Assembly (NCBI GenBank): GCA_963761865.1
Contig: CAVXIE010000002.1
Location: 274,595 to 338,594 of the forward strand
From: Candidatus Staskawiczbacteria bacterium
Lineage (GTDB): Bacteria; Patescibacteriota; Minisyncoccia; Minisyncoccales; Staskawiczbacteraceae
Direction of reading: 5' to 3'
Length of the DNA: 64,000 nt
A model generated the notes under the pieces. The model searched no databases. It worked only from the letters and a program-made list of their open reading frames with translations, and was not told the DNA's origin. Of this stretch, positions 8,610 through 16,962 are shown piece after piece. The number at the start of each line of letters is the position of its first letter. Position 1 is the stretch's first letter. The translations under genes and the position numbers were made by a program.

Positions 8610-9050
8610 ATGGCAAAAAAAATAGAAGAAAAAAAACAAGAAGATAAAAAAGAAACTGCCGCCACCGAAGTAAAAAAAGAAGTTAAAACCGCAAAAGCTG
8701 ATAAGGTTTCTGAAGGAAAAATTTACGTATCTTCTTCGTATAATAACACCATTATCACTCTTACCAATGCTAAGGGACAAGTTTTGTCTTCTAAATCAGC
8801 AGGCGCGGTAGGATTTAAAGGAACGAAAAAATCAACATCGTTTGCAGCTTCAAAAGTTGCGGAAGTAATTGCCGGTATCTGCAAGAAATTAATGGTTGAA
8901 AAAGTTGAAGTTATGATAAAAGGGATTGGAGCCGGAAGAGAATCAGCCGTAAGAACGTTGGTTAACCAAGGATTGAATGTTGTTTCGATAAAAGATATTA
9001 CGCCAATTCCACATAACGGAATTACGCCAAGAAAAATAAGAAGAGTATAA
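8610..9050 (+). CDS. rpsK: 30S ribosomal protein S11 with short K/E-rich N-terminal extension
   Basis: YVSSSYNNTIITLTN, GFKGTKKSTSFAA, ITPIPHNG. Confidence 0.95.
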   Translation: MAKKIEEKKQEDKKETAATEVKKEVKTAKADKVSEGKIYVSSSYNNTIITLTNAKGQVLSSKSAGAVGFKGTKKSTSFAASKVAEVIAGICKKLMVEKVEVMIKGIGAGRESAVRTLVNQGLNVVSIKDITPIPHNGITPRKIRRV

Positions 9051-9068
9051 TCCAATATATTTAAAACA

Positions 9069-9668
9069 ATGGAAACAAAAGATACACAAGTCAAAGTAAA
9101 TACTCAGCCTGGCAAACCAACCGTTCCGGGAGGCGCACCGGCTCCTGATTTTGGTAAACGGAGAAAATCAAGAGGAACCGTTTCTGAATACAAAAAGTCT
9201 TTACAGGAAAAACAGACGCTTAAAAGGCTTTATGGACTTTCTGAAAGGCAATTTAAAAGATATGTATTGGAAACTCTTGATAAAATGCAAAGAGTTGAAA
9301 ACGTTTCCGATGAGCTCATAAAACGGCTTGAAAAAAGGCTTGATAATGTAGTTTTCAGATTGGGATTTGCAAAATCCAGAAGCCACGCAAGGCAATTGGT
9401 AAACCACGCATACTTTTTAATCAACGGAAAGCCGGTAAATATTCCGTCGTTTCAGGTTAAAAAAGGAGATGTTGTTGCAATAAAAGAAACCAAAAAGAAA
9501 AAGATGGTTTTTGAAAATTTGGTTGCAATATTAAAAAAGACAGAAGCCCCGGTTTGGTTGAAGTTAAATAAAGAAAAGTTTTCCGCTGAAACGGTTGGTG
9601 ATCCAAGTCTTGCAGAAGTAAATCCACCGGTAGAAATTTCATTGATATTTGAGTTTTATTCAAGGTAA
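9069..9668 (+). CDS. rpsD: 30S ribosomal protein S4
   Basis: LYGLSERQFKRY, RLDNVVFRLGFAKSRSHARQLVNHAYFLING. Confidence 0.95.
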   Translation: METKDTQVKVNTQPGKPTVPGGAPAPDFGKRRKSRGTVSEYKKSLQEKQTLKRLYGLSERQFKRYVLETLDKMQRVENVSDELIKRLEKRLDNVVFRLGFAKSRSHARQLVNHAYFLINGKPVNIPSFQVKKGDVVAIKETKKKKMVFENLVAILKKTEAPVWLKLNKEKFSAETVGDPSLAEVNPPVEISLIFEFYSR

Positions 9669-9695
9669 AATAATAAAGGTAAAAAAATTATTAAC

Positions 9696-9770
9696 TTGGT
9701 GTTCGATGTTAGGTGTTCGGTAATCGTCTTTCGACGTACCTAGCACCTAAAACCTAATACCTAAAAACTA
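9696..9770. repeat. TAG/CTA-word palindromic element (family C)
   Basis: ggtgttcgatgttaggtgttcggta ... tacctagcacctaaaacctaatacc, tip hairpin cgtc/gacg. Confidence 0.6.
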
Positions 9771-9773
9771 ATT

Positions 9774-10712
9774 ATGATTCCATTACCATTGCCCCCAAAA
9801 GTTATTGAAAAAGGCAAAAACAAGGCAATCTTTGAAGTCCAGGGGCTTTATCCCGGATACGGAGTAACTATTGGAAATGCACTAAGAAGAGTGTTACTTA
9901 CCTCGCTTGAAGGAGTTGCAGTAACCGAAGCAAAAATAAAAGGAGCAAGTCACGAATTTTCAACAATTCCCGGAATTTTGGAAGACGCGATAATGATTGT
10001 TTTAAATCTTAAGAATTTAAGGTTTAAAATACATGAAGGCACATCTCAAAAGGTTACATTAAAAGTTAAAGGAGAAAAAGAAGTCCACGGCTCAGATTTT
10101 AAACTATTTCCGCAGATTGCGCTCGCAAACCCTGAATTAAAAATTGCAACAATAACCGATGCCAAGACTGAACTGGAAATAGAAATTACCATTGAAAAAG
10201 GAATCGGATATGAACCAAGAGAACAAAGAAAAGTTGCCAAGCCGGAAATTGGCTCAATTCTATTTGATGCCATTTACACTCCAATTAAAAACGTAAGCTT
10301 TAATGTTGAAAATATGCGAGTGGGCGATAGGACAGACTTTGATAAATTATCTTTAGAAATAGAAACTGATGGGACAATCACCCCGGAAGAAGCATTTTAT
10401 CAGTCTTGTGAAATTTTAATAAGACATTTCAATATTATATTTGAAGGAAAAGTTCCTGAAAAAGCTTCAGAAAAAGAAGTGGAAAAAGCGGAAGTATCAG
10501 ATCCAAAAGAAGTCAGCGTTGAAGATTTAAAGCTTTCAGCGAGGACGCTTAATGCTTTAGTGGCAAATAAAATAAAAACAGTCGGCGATATTGTTAAAAA
10601 ATCAGAAAAGCAAATTGAAGATTTGGACGGAATGGGAGAAAAGGCAATGTCGGAAATAAAAAGGAAAGTAAAAAAATTAGGTTTAGAAATGAAAAATGAG
10701 GAAGCTAAATAA
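9774..10712 (+). CDS. rpoA: DNA-directed RNA polymerase subunit alpha
   Basis: YGVTIGNALRRVLLTSLEG, C-terminal LSARTLNAL helix-hairpin-helix region; operon position. Confidence 0.95.
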   Translation: MIPLPLPPKVIEKGKNKAIFEVQGLYPGYGVTIGNALRRVLLTSLEGVAVTEAKIKGASHEFSTIPGILEDAIMIVLNLKNLRFKIHEGTSQKVTLKVKGEKEVHGSDFKLFPQIALANPELKIATITDAKTELEIEITIEKGIGYEPREQRKVAKPEIGSILFDAIYTPIKNVSFNVENMRVGDRTDFDKLSLEIETDGTITPEEAFYQSCEILIRHFNIIFEGKVPEKASEKEVEKAEVSDPKEVSVEDLKLSARTLNALVANKIKTVGDIVKKSEKQIEDLDGMGEKAMSEIKRKVKKLGLEMKNEEAK

Positions 10713-11049
10713 TAAAGGTAAAATATTTTCAAGGCCAAAAAACCAAAGAGTAGCGCTTTTTAAAGCGTTAGCCACCGGTCTTTTTTTGAACGGTAAAATT
10801 AAAACTACAGAAGCCAAGGCAAAAGAGTTAAGGTCCTATGCCGAAAAATGCATTACAAGAGCCAGGGAAAATACTTTGGCTAACAGGAGAGTTTTGGCTA
10901 AAACTTTTGCTCCGCAGGTTATTAAAAGGTTATTTGATGAAATTGCTCCTAAATATGTGGCAAGAAAAGGCGGCTATACAAGAATTATCAATATGGGTCC
11001 GAGAAAATCAGACAGCGCAAGAATGTCTATTATTGAACTTATAAAATAA
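10696..11049 (+). CDS. rplQ: 50S ribosomal protein L17
   Basis: operon position after rpoA; RRVLAKTF.., GGYTRIINMGPRKSDSA. Confidence 0.9.
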   Translation: MRKLNNKGKIFSRPKNQRVALFKALATGLFLNGKIKTTEAKAKELRSYAEKCITRARENTLANRRVLAKTFAPQVIKRLFDEIAPKYVARKGGYTRIINMGPRKSDSARMSIIELIK

Positions 11050-11056
11050 CACGAAA

Positions 11057-11419
11057 ATGGAAATTATCAAAAGAGAAAATCATATTATTGATGCAAAAGA
11101 CAAAGTGCTGGGAAAACTGGCAACCGAGATTGCTGTTTTGCTGCGAGGAAAAAACAAAGTTGGTTTTGCTCCATATAAAGATATCGGCGACTTTGTGACG
11201 ATAAAAAATGTTGACCTGATGAAATTTACCGGTAATAAATTTAAAAATAAAATATATTACCACCACACGTTATATCTTGGAGGTTTGAAAAAGGCGACAA
11301 TGAAAGAAGTAACAATCAAAAAAGGTTATCCTGAGGTGCTAAGAATGGCAGTTATGGGTATGTTGACCAAAAACAAATTAAGAGCCAAACAAATTAAACG
11401 ATTAAAGTTTGAGCGATAG
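11057..11419 (+). CDS. rplM: 50S ribosomal protein L13
   Basis: IIDAKDKVLGKLATEIAVLLRGKNK, YYHHTLYLGGLK. Confidence 0.9.
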   Translation: MEIIKRENHIIDAKDKVLGKLATEIAVLLRGKNKVGFAPYKDIGDFVTIKNVDLMKFTGNKFKNKIYYHHTLYLGGLKKATMKEVTIKKGYPEVLRMAVMGMLTKNKLRAKQIKRLKFER

Positions 11420-11543
11420 CGAAAACCCAGCCTTCTATGCAGTCGTATGGAAGCTGGAAAAATATATTAATTGAAAAAAATACAATAAAGCACGCCGCGC
11501 TTCAATAATAGCTTAGAAGGCTGGGTGCTCACATTATTCGCAT
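11411..11543. repeat. GC-stem palindromic element (family A), variant stem CCCAGCCTTCTA
   Basis: gagcgatagcgaaaa + cccagccttcta (11426-11437) ... tagaaggctggg (11514-11525) + tgctcacattattcgcat. Confidence 0.85.
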
Positions 11544-11546
11544 AAA

Positions 11547-12122
11547 ATGGCTGAAGCAAAAATAAAAAAACCAAAAGTTAAAGAAACCAAAGAGATTGAA
11601 AAACCGAAAGAAGTTGTGGCGCCGGTAAAGGAGATGACAAAAGAAACGGTAAAAGAAATTCTTTCTGAAAACCAGCTTGATAATTTGGCTTTGGAGGATT
11701 TTCCTATAGAAAAAGAATTGGCGGCAAAGCCGGACAGGTATTTTGAGGCAATTGGAAGGAGAAAAACCGCCGTGGCTCGTGTCAGGCTTTTCACTCGCGG
11801 AGATAAGCAATTTTTGGTGAATAAAAAAACCTATCAAGAATATTTCCCATTACAAGAAGATCAACTCACTGCTACCGCTTCAATGAGAAAAATGAAATGC
11901 CTTGATAAATTCAAAATCATGGTGATTGTCAGGGGTGGAGGCAGGAGCGCTCAGGCAGAAGCCGTAAGACACGGAACTGCAAGAGTATTAGTTGATTTTA
12001 ACAATAACTTCAAAAAGAGATTAAGAAAAGTAGGATATCTAACCAGAGACCCAAGAATGAGAGAAAGAAAGAAGTTCGGATTAAAGCGAGCAAGAAAAGC
12101 ACCTCAGTGGGCTAAACGATAA
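11547..12122 (+). CDS. rpsI: 30S ribosomal protein S9 with about 60-aa K/E-rich N-terminal extension
   Basis: GRRKTAVARVRLF, GGGRSAQAEAVRHGTARVL, RKKFGLKRARKAPQWAKR. Confidence 0.95.
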   Translation: MAEAKIKKPKVKETKEIEKPKEVVAPVKEMTKETVKEILSENQLDNLALEDFPIEKELAAKPDRYFEAIGRRKTAVARVRLFTRGDKQFLVNKKTYQEYFPLQEDQLTATASMRKMKCLDKFKIMVIVRGGGRSAQAEAVRHGTARVLVDFNNNFKKRLRKVGYLTRDPRMRERKKFGLKRARKAPQWAKR

Positions 12123-12147
12123 CACGACCCGTCCGAATTGTCAACAA

Positions 12148-12172
12148 ACCACCTCATCTCGGGGTGGTTTTT
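12148..12172 (+). terminator. intrinsic terminator after rpsI
   Basis: accacctc/ggggtggt hairpin plus T-run. Confidence 0.6.
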
Positions 12173-12181
12173 GCTTTAGTC

Positions 12182-12210
12182 TTGACTTATAAAATAACAT
12201 AGACTAATAT
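12182..12210 (+). promoter_or_regulatory. sigma70-like promoter
   Basis: TTGACT - 17 nt - TAATAT. Confidence 0.4.
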
Positions 12211-12246
12211 ACTAACTACAAACAAAGTTATCCACAGTATGTGTTG

Positions 12247-12276
12247 TTGACAGGTGTTTTCATGAAAAGGTAATAT
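12247..12276 (+). promoter_or_regulatory. sigma70-like promoter
   Basis: TTGACA - 18 nt - TAATAT. Confidence 0.4.
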
Positions 12277-12336
12277 TAAGTTGCGATATCATTTTTATTA
12301 TAAAGGTAAAATTGAAATAACAACTTAATTATTGGT

Positions 12337-12443
12337 AACTCGTTTTTATGAGGTGCGACGTCAGAAATGATGTCGCAATCAGTACTAAAGGATATTTCAA
12401 ATATTTTCTTTATAACTGACGTCGTACCTTATGGAAGCGAGTT
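12337..12443 (+). promoter_or_regulatory. long plus-strand RNA hairpin (28-bp stem with G-U pairs) with alternative local hairpin, followed by U-tract: candidate leader/attenuator
   Basis: aactcgtttttatgaggtgcgacgtcag (12337-12364) pairs with ctgacgtcgtaccttatggaagcgagtt (12416-12443); all non-Watson-Crick positions are G-U only on the plus strand. Confidence 0.5.
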
Positions 12444-12502
12444 TTTATTTACTTGCTCTGGCCGATCTTAGGGGCACAAATAGTCACAATAACTAAATAA
12501 TT

Positions 12503-12712
12503 ATGGCAGAACCAAATAAAGTTTTCATTGAGCAACGAGATGAGGGAGATTACGCAGTCCGTAAACCGGATTCCGATAGAGCCTCAACGGTAACGCCGAC
12601 TCAGAAAGAGGCTATCGAAGAAGCCAAGGAAATGTTTCCGAATTCAACTATTCTAGTTGAACGTGTTCGGGATACAGACATCGGCGGACGCGACAAATGG
12701 CGCAAACCTTAG
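12503..12712 (+). CDS. small DUF2188-like protein
   Basis: 69 aa, ..GDYAVRKPDSDRASTVTPTQKEAIEEAKE.. pattern recalled from DUF2188. Confidence 0.5.
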   Translation: MAEPNKVFIEQRDEGDYAVRKPDSDRASTVTPTQKEAIEEAKEMFPNSTILVERVRDTDIGGRDKWRKP

Positions 12713-12828
12713 CTCTCTGACAAATAACGATAGATTAAAAAGTCGAGCATGTACTCGGCTTTTTAATCGGGTTGAAATTTTATCAAAAAAGTAGCAAAAT
12801 AAAATAAGCAAACTATAAAATTTACCAC

Positions 12829-13611
12829 ATGCCGATTTTTAATGACTTAAACTTAGATAATTGGAAAGAATCTGAAATTTGGACTGACAGTCTTTGGATT
12901 ATTCCCGAAAGGGATAATACGGGAAAGCACAGCGGATTTTACCACGGGAATTTTATTCCACAGATTCCGCGACAGTTGATACTGAGGTACACAAAAGAAA
13001 ACGAAACTGTATTTGATCCATTTCTCGGCAGTGGTACTACTGCCTTCGAAGCCGAAAGTTTAAATCGAAATTTTATTGGCGTTGATATTCAAAAAAGTTT
13101 AATTGATTATGTCGGAAAAAACATCGAGCCGAAAAATAACTTTTCTGAATTAATCGCAGCAGACAGCACAAAGATTGAATCGATAGAAAAAATTAAAGAA
13201 ATCTTAAAAGATCAGAAAAAAGAGAACGTCCAGTTAGCAGTCCTGCATCCGCCCTACGCAAATATAATTAAGTTCAGTAATATGGAGGGAGACTTATCAA
13301 ATACTAATTCTCTTAAAGAATTTTTAGATAAATTTTCCGCTGTTTTAAAAAATACTCTCGAGATATTAGAAAAGGGGAGATATATGGCAATTGTGATAGG
13401 CGACAAATACACCGCCGGAGAATGGATACCTTTAAGTTTTTATTGTATGTACGAAGCACAGAAGTTGGGTTTAAAGTTAAAAAGCATTATAATCAAGAAC
13501 ATGGCAGGTAATCGGGCGAAGCAAAATAAAGAAGCCATTTGGCGCTATAGAGCGCTTACAAGCGATTATTATATTTTTAAGCATGAATATATTTTAATTT
13601 TTAAGAAATAA
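12829..13611 (+). CDS. DNA methyltransferase (N6-A/N4-C type, permuted motif order)
   Basis: motif I VFDPFLGSGTTAFEAESLNRNFIGVDI precedes motif IV-like LHPPY. Confidence 0.75.
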   Translation: MPIFNDLNLDNWKESEIWTDSLWIIPERDNTGKHSGFYHGNFIPQIPRQLILRYTKENETVFDPFLGSGTTAFEAESLNRNFIGVDIQKSLIDYVGKNIEPKNNFSELIAADSTKIESIEKIKEILKDQKKENVQLAVLHPPYANIIKFSNMEGDLSNTNSLKEFLDKFSAVLKNTLEILEKGRYMAIVIGDKYTAGEWIPLSFYCMYEAQKLGLKLKSIIIKNMAGNRAKQNKEAIWRYRALTSDYYIFKHEYILIFKK

Positions 13612-13613
13612 CT

Positions 13614-14513
13614 ATGGAATACATCAAGTCGAAACTATCAGAAGATTTAGCGAAAAAGATACTTGGTAGCAAAGATAATGCTTTAAAGTATTTGTTGCAC
13701 ATTAATAAACATAAACAGGTTGTAGGGTTGGATTTTAAAATTTGTAGTCGTGGTAAAAACAAAGGCCAAAATAAACCCTGTGTCGACCCTAAAGATATTT
13801 GGAAAATTGTGGTTAATAACTGGGATTACGAATTAAGCAAAAACACGATACGTGAATTGTTTAAGGAAACGGAAAAATACAAAAGCGGAAAAGATGCTAA
13901 CAATGTTATGGATTTATTGGTTAAAGAATGGGAATCATTGAAGTTAGGAAATATCGAATGGCCTTTTTCACAAGGTGATTTCGACGGTTTCGTTCAAAGG
14001 ATAAACTCGGAAAACAATAACGGGATTGTTAAGGATGAAAAAGTAAAAGTAGCTGCGGTTAAATATAGAAGAATTAAGGAAATTAACACTGTTAGAAATG
14101 ATTTTATTGAAACTTTAATTTTTGAAAAGAATGAGAATATTTTACCTACGCTAAACCATCGTAGGGGAGTCGACTTTTTTATCGACGGCATTTCCTTTGA
14201 TCAAAAAGTTGCGAAAAGTCCAACTAATCAGTTTAAGGCAAAATTCAAAGATGGCTGGAAAGAAGAAGCAATTAAAAATCCTGGGATCGTTGCCGAATAT
14301 TTGTACAGATACCAAGATGAGGGAAGATTCGGAGCAGACCCAAGATTGTTGGTGGTTTATTTGGATGAAGATATTTCGATTCAAAAGATTCGAGAAATAA
14401 TAAAAAATACTGATCTGAGTAAACCAATTGAAATTAATTTCAGTTTTAAGCACAAAGTTCAGGGAGATAAAAGTTATAAGGTGCCATGTTTCGTAATCTT
14501 GTTGCATAAATAA
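13614..14513 (+). CDS. putative type II restriction endonuclease (PD-(D/E)xK-like)
   Basis: sandwiched between two methyltransferase genes with 2-8 nt gaps; candidate catalytic GVDFFIDGISFDQKV. Confidence 0.55.
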   Translation: MEYIKSKLSEDLAKKILGSKDNALKYLLHINKHKQVVGLDFKICSRGKNKGQNKPCVDPKDIWKIVVNNWDYELSKNTIRELFKETEKYKSGKDANNVMDLLVKEWESLKLGNIEWPFSQGDFDGFVQRINSENNNGIVKDEKVKVAAVKYRRIKEINTVRNDFIETLIFEKNENILPTLNHRRGVDFFIDGISFDQKVAKSPTNQFKAKFKDGWKEEAIKNPGIVAEYLYRYQDEGRFGADPRLLVVYLDEDISIQKIREIIKNTDLSKPIEINFSFKHKVQGDKSYKVPCFVILLHK

Positions 14514-14521
14514 TTAAAATT

Positions 14522-15589
14522 ATGAATTATATCGGCAGTAAGTTGTCATTATTGGAATTTCTGGAAGATTCGATAAATAAAGTGGTTGATAAAAACTGCC
14601 GAACTTTTTGTGACCTATTTGCAGGAACAGGAATTGTCGGAAGCTATTTTAAAAGGAAAGGCTATAAAATAATTGCAAATGATATACAATATTATAGCTA
14701 TGTTTTGAATAGGCATTATATCGGGAATCATAAGGAGTTGAAGTTTGATAAATTAACAAAAGAAATTGTTGAGTTAAAAAATATAAAGGAAAATGATCGG
14801 AAAAATTTTGTCTGTAGTCACCTGGAAAACCTGAATGGTGTAAAAGGATTTATTTATAAAAATTATTGCCTCGGTGGAACAAAAAATAAAAAAGAGCCAC
14901 GCCAATATTTCTCTGATGAGAACGGAATGCGTTGCGATGCTATTCGCCAAAAAATTGAAAACTGGAAAGAGAGAAAGTTGATTTCTGATGATGAATATTA
15001 TTTTTTAATTACGAGCTTGCTTGAATCAATAGATAAACATGCAAACACGGCTTCCGTTTATGGTGCTTTTTTAAAACAACTCAAGAAAACTGCCCAAAAG
15101 AGTTTGGTTTTTAAGCCAGCCGAATTAATTATAAACGAACAAGATCACGAAGTTTTTAATGCCGACATAAACGAAATGGCAACTAAGGTGAGTGGCGATA
15201 TTTTATATTTAGATCCGCCATATAATCAACGTCAGTACGCTACGAACTATCACCTTTTGGAAACAATCGCAAAATATGATAATCCGAAAATCTTCGGGAA
15301 AACAGGGTTGCGTAATTATGAAAAAGAAAAATCCCTTTATTGTTCAAGAACGCAGGTAAAAAAAGCATTTAAGGATTTAATTTTGAAAGCCCAAGCAAAA
15401 TATATTTTTCTTAGCTATAATAATGAGGGATTGATGACAATAGATGATATTAAGGAAATAATGAGCCTACGTGGCAAATACGGCCACTTTACGAGGGGAT
15501 ACAATAGATTTAAGGCCGATAAATCGAAAAATAGGAACTATACAGCAGATAAAACCACAGAATATCTGCATTATGTAATTTGCAATTAA
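14522..15589 (+). CDS. D12-class (Dam-like) N6-adenine DNA methyltransferase
   Basis: N-terminal NYIGSK, DLFAGTGIVG, catalytic LDPPY. Confidence 0.8.
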   Translation: MNYIGSKLSLLEFLEDSINKVVDKNCRTFCDLFAGTGIVGSYFKRKGYKIIANDIQYYSYVLNRHYIGNHKELKFDKLTKEIVELKNIKENDRKNFVCSHLENLNGVKGFIYKNYCLGGTKNKKEPRQYFSDENGMRCDAIRQKIENWKERKLISDDEYYFLITSLLESIDKHANTASVYGAFLKQLKKTAQKSLVFKPAELIINEQDHEVFNADINEMATKVSGDILYLDPPYNQRQYATNYHLLETIAKYDNPKIFGKTGLRNYEKEKSLYCSRTQVKKAFKDLILKAQAKYIFLSYNNEGLMTIDDIKEIMSLRGKYGHFTRGYNRFKADKSKNRNYTADKTTEYLHYVICN

Positions 15590-15592
15590 ATT

Positions 15593-15889
15593 ATGCCTAT
15601 ACAAGTTGAGGGGTATCAATTTTCGGGACCATACTATCACACAAAAAAATTTAATCAGAATTTTGGTTGTGTTTATATAATTTTAAATAATAACAATCAA
15701 GTTGTCGACGTTGGAGAAACGAATGACATAAATTCTCGTATTATTAATCATGAACGAAAAATGTGTTGGTATAAAAACGGAGTTGGTGAAACCGGATTGT
15801 ACATTTACATAAGTAACGACCAGAATTTTCGTTTGCTGCTCGAAAAATTAATTAGAAATAAGTACCACCCTTTTTGTGGTGACAGATAA
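15593..15889 (+). CDS. small GIY-YIG-like domain protein
   Basis: GCVYIIL..NQVVDVGETNDINSRIINHE fits GIY..YIG..R..H spacing; 98 aa. Confidence 0.4.
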   Translation: MPIQVEGYQFSGPYYHTKKFNQNFGCVYIILNNNNQVVDVGETNDINSRIINHERKMCWYKNGVGETGLYIYISNDQNFRLLLEKLIRNKYHPFCGDR

Positions 15890-15891
15890 TT

Positions 15892-16572
15892 ATGGATAAC
15901 AGAGGATATTTTATTATAGACGGATCTCATCTGTTTTCGAGCATTCACGAATTGCAAAGGACGAAAATAGAATATGCCGGGAAAAAACTGAATATCTCTC
16001 TTCTAACAGAAGCCTTAATGAGAAAGTGGTCTTTATGGGTTGGGGCGACAATTCGTGTAGTATATTATTTTAAGAAGAATGATAATCGCTTGAGAACAAT
16101 GCTTGATATTCCAGCGGAAGACGAGCCCGGCAAGAAAAATCATTGGCAAATTAAAGAATGCGGAGAGCCGGTTGACGCGGTGCCCGATGAACAATTGCAA
16201 AAATTAGATGCTCAATATAGAGATCATTTTGTTCGTCAAGAAAAAGGGTTGGACGGCAAACTTATTTGTGATGTTCTCATGTCGGTATCTAGCGGAAATG
16301 CATCGAATATAGTATTTTTAGTTAACGATAGAGACTATATCCCGCTTTTTGAATCCGTGCAAGCATTAGGTGGAAATACTTATTTAACCGCATTAGATGG
16401 ATCTCAAAATATTCAAAAAAAGTTAGCAAAACTTGCTGACAAATATCTTACTCTAGATTCGGAATTAGATGCAATTTTCGGAGTTGTTCGCCAGCCGCCT
16501 CAACCAGAACCACAAGTTCTGCAACAGGATCCGATGCCGGAGGCTTCAGCTGAAACGCCAACACAACAATAG
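15892..16572 (+). CDS. NYN/LabA-like (PIN-like nuclease fold) domain protein with P/Q-rich tail
   Basis: YFIIDGSHLF, GLDGKLICDVL, IVFLVNDRDYIPLFESVQALGGNTYL. Confidence 0.6.
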   Translation: MDNRGYFIIDGSHLFSSIHELQRTKIEYAGKKLNISLLTEALMRKWSLWVGATIRVVYYFKKNDNRLRTMLDIPAEDEPGKKNHWQIKECGEPVDAVPDEQLQKLDAQYRDHFVRQEKGLDGKLICDVLMSVSSGNASNIVFLVNDRDYIPLFESVQALGGNTYLTALDGSQNIQKKLAKLADKYLTLDSELDAIFGVVRQPPQPEPQVLQQDPMPEASAETPTQQ

Positions 16573-16590
16573 CCTTGTGCAAAATTGGCC

Positions 16591-16618
16591 TTGACTGGGT
16601 AAACCATCGCGGTATAAT
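16591..16618 (+). promoter_or_regulatory. near-consensus sigma70 promoter with no ORF downstream
   Basis: TTGACT - 16 nt - TATAAT. Confidence 0.6.
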
Positions 16619-16624
16619 GGACTT

Positions 16625-16811
16625 GAAGCTGATAGCTTCCTTGGGAGACTGCTGGGTTATAACTGGTTATTGATTATTGGATATTGTTCTCTGGTTTTGT
16701 GGAAATAATCTGAGGTAATCACGATTCTCGCCCGCGTTTGTGGTGAGAAAGCGGAGCACCTCAGTGGGCAAAGAGATAAAAAAATCTTCCGCATCTCGCG
16801 GAGGTTTTTTT
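16625..16811 (+). ncRNA. unidentified structured RNA (promoter to intrinsic terminator)
   Basis: nested stems ctgaggt/acctcag and ttctcgcc/ggtgagaa, terminator cttccgc/gcggagg plus T7; no convincing ORF. Confidence 0.4.
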
Positions 16812-16816
16812 ATCGT

Positions 16817-16959
16817 TGCCCACTGTGGCACAAAGGGGGTTGGGGAAATTGGGTATTTCCCCGTGAAGGAAAACAGTGCCGCGAATAGCGGACACGTTAG
16901 AAACTGTGAGTTTCTAAGGAGCGAGCTTGCGAGCGACGCCATAGTGGGCAAAGAGATAA
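16817..16959 (+). repeat. conserved hairpin-rich core element, copy 1 (family H), flanked by 17-nt direct repeats
   Basis: core 16828-16938 nearly identical to 41974-42091; agtgggcaaagagataa at 16763-16779 and 16943-16959; tgcccactgtggc / gccatagtgggca closing stem. Confidence 0.8.
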
Positions 16960-16962
16960 TCG

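Noticed and set aside
12228-12236. A perfect DnaA box TTATCCACA, suggesting oriC.
   Set aside because: Only a single box was seen, with no cluster, no adjacent dnaA or dnaN, and no AT-rich unwinding repeats identified.
16828-16938. Assigning the twice-occurring hairpin-rich core to SRP RNA, RNase P RNA, tmRNA or a hammerhead ribozyme.
   Set aside because: - The ccccgtgaaggaaaacag segment only superficially resembles the SRP GGAA/AGCAG motif.
- There is no RNase P GAGGAAAGUCC / ACAGAA pairing.
- There is no tmRNA tRNA-like 3' end in copy 1.
- ctgtgag is not the CUGANGA hammerhead core.
- Two copies in different contexts also argue against a housekeeping RNA.
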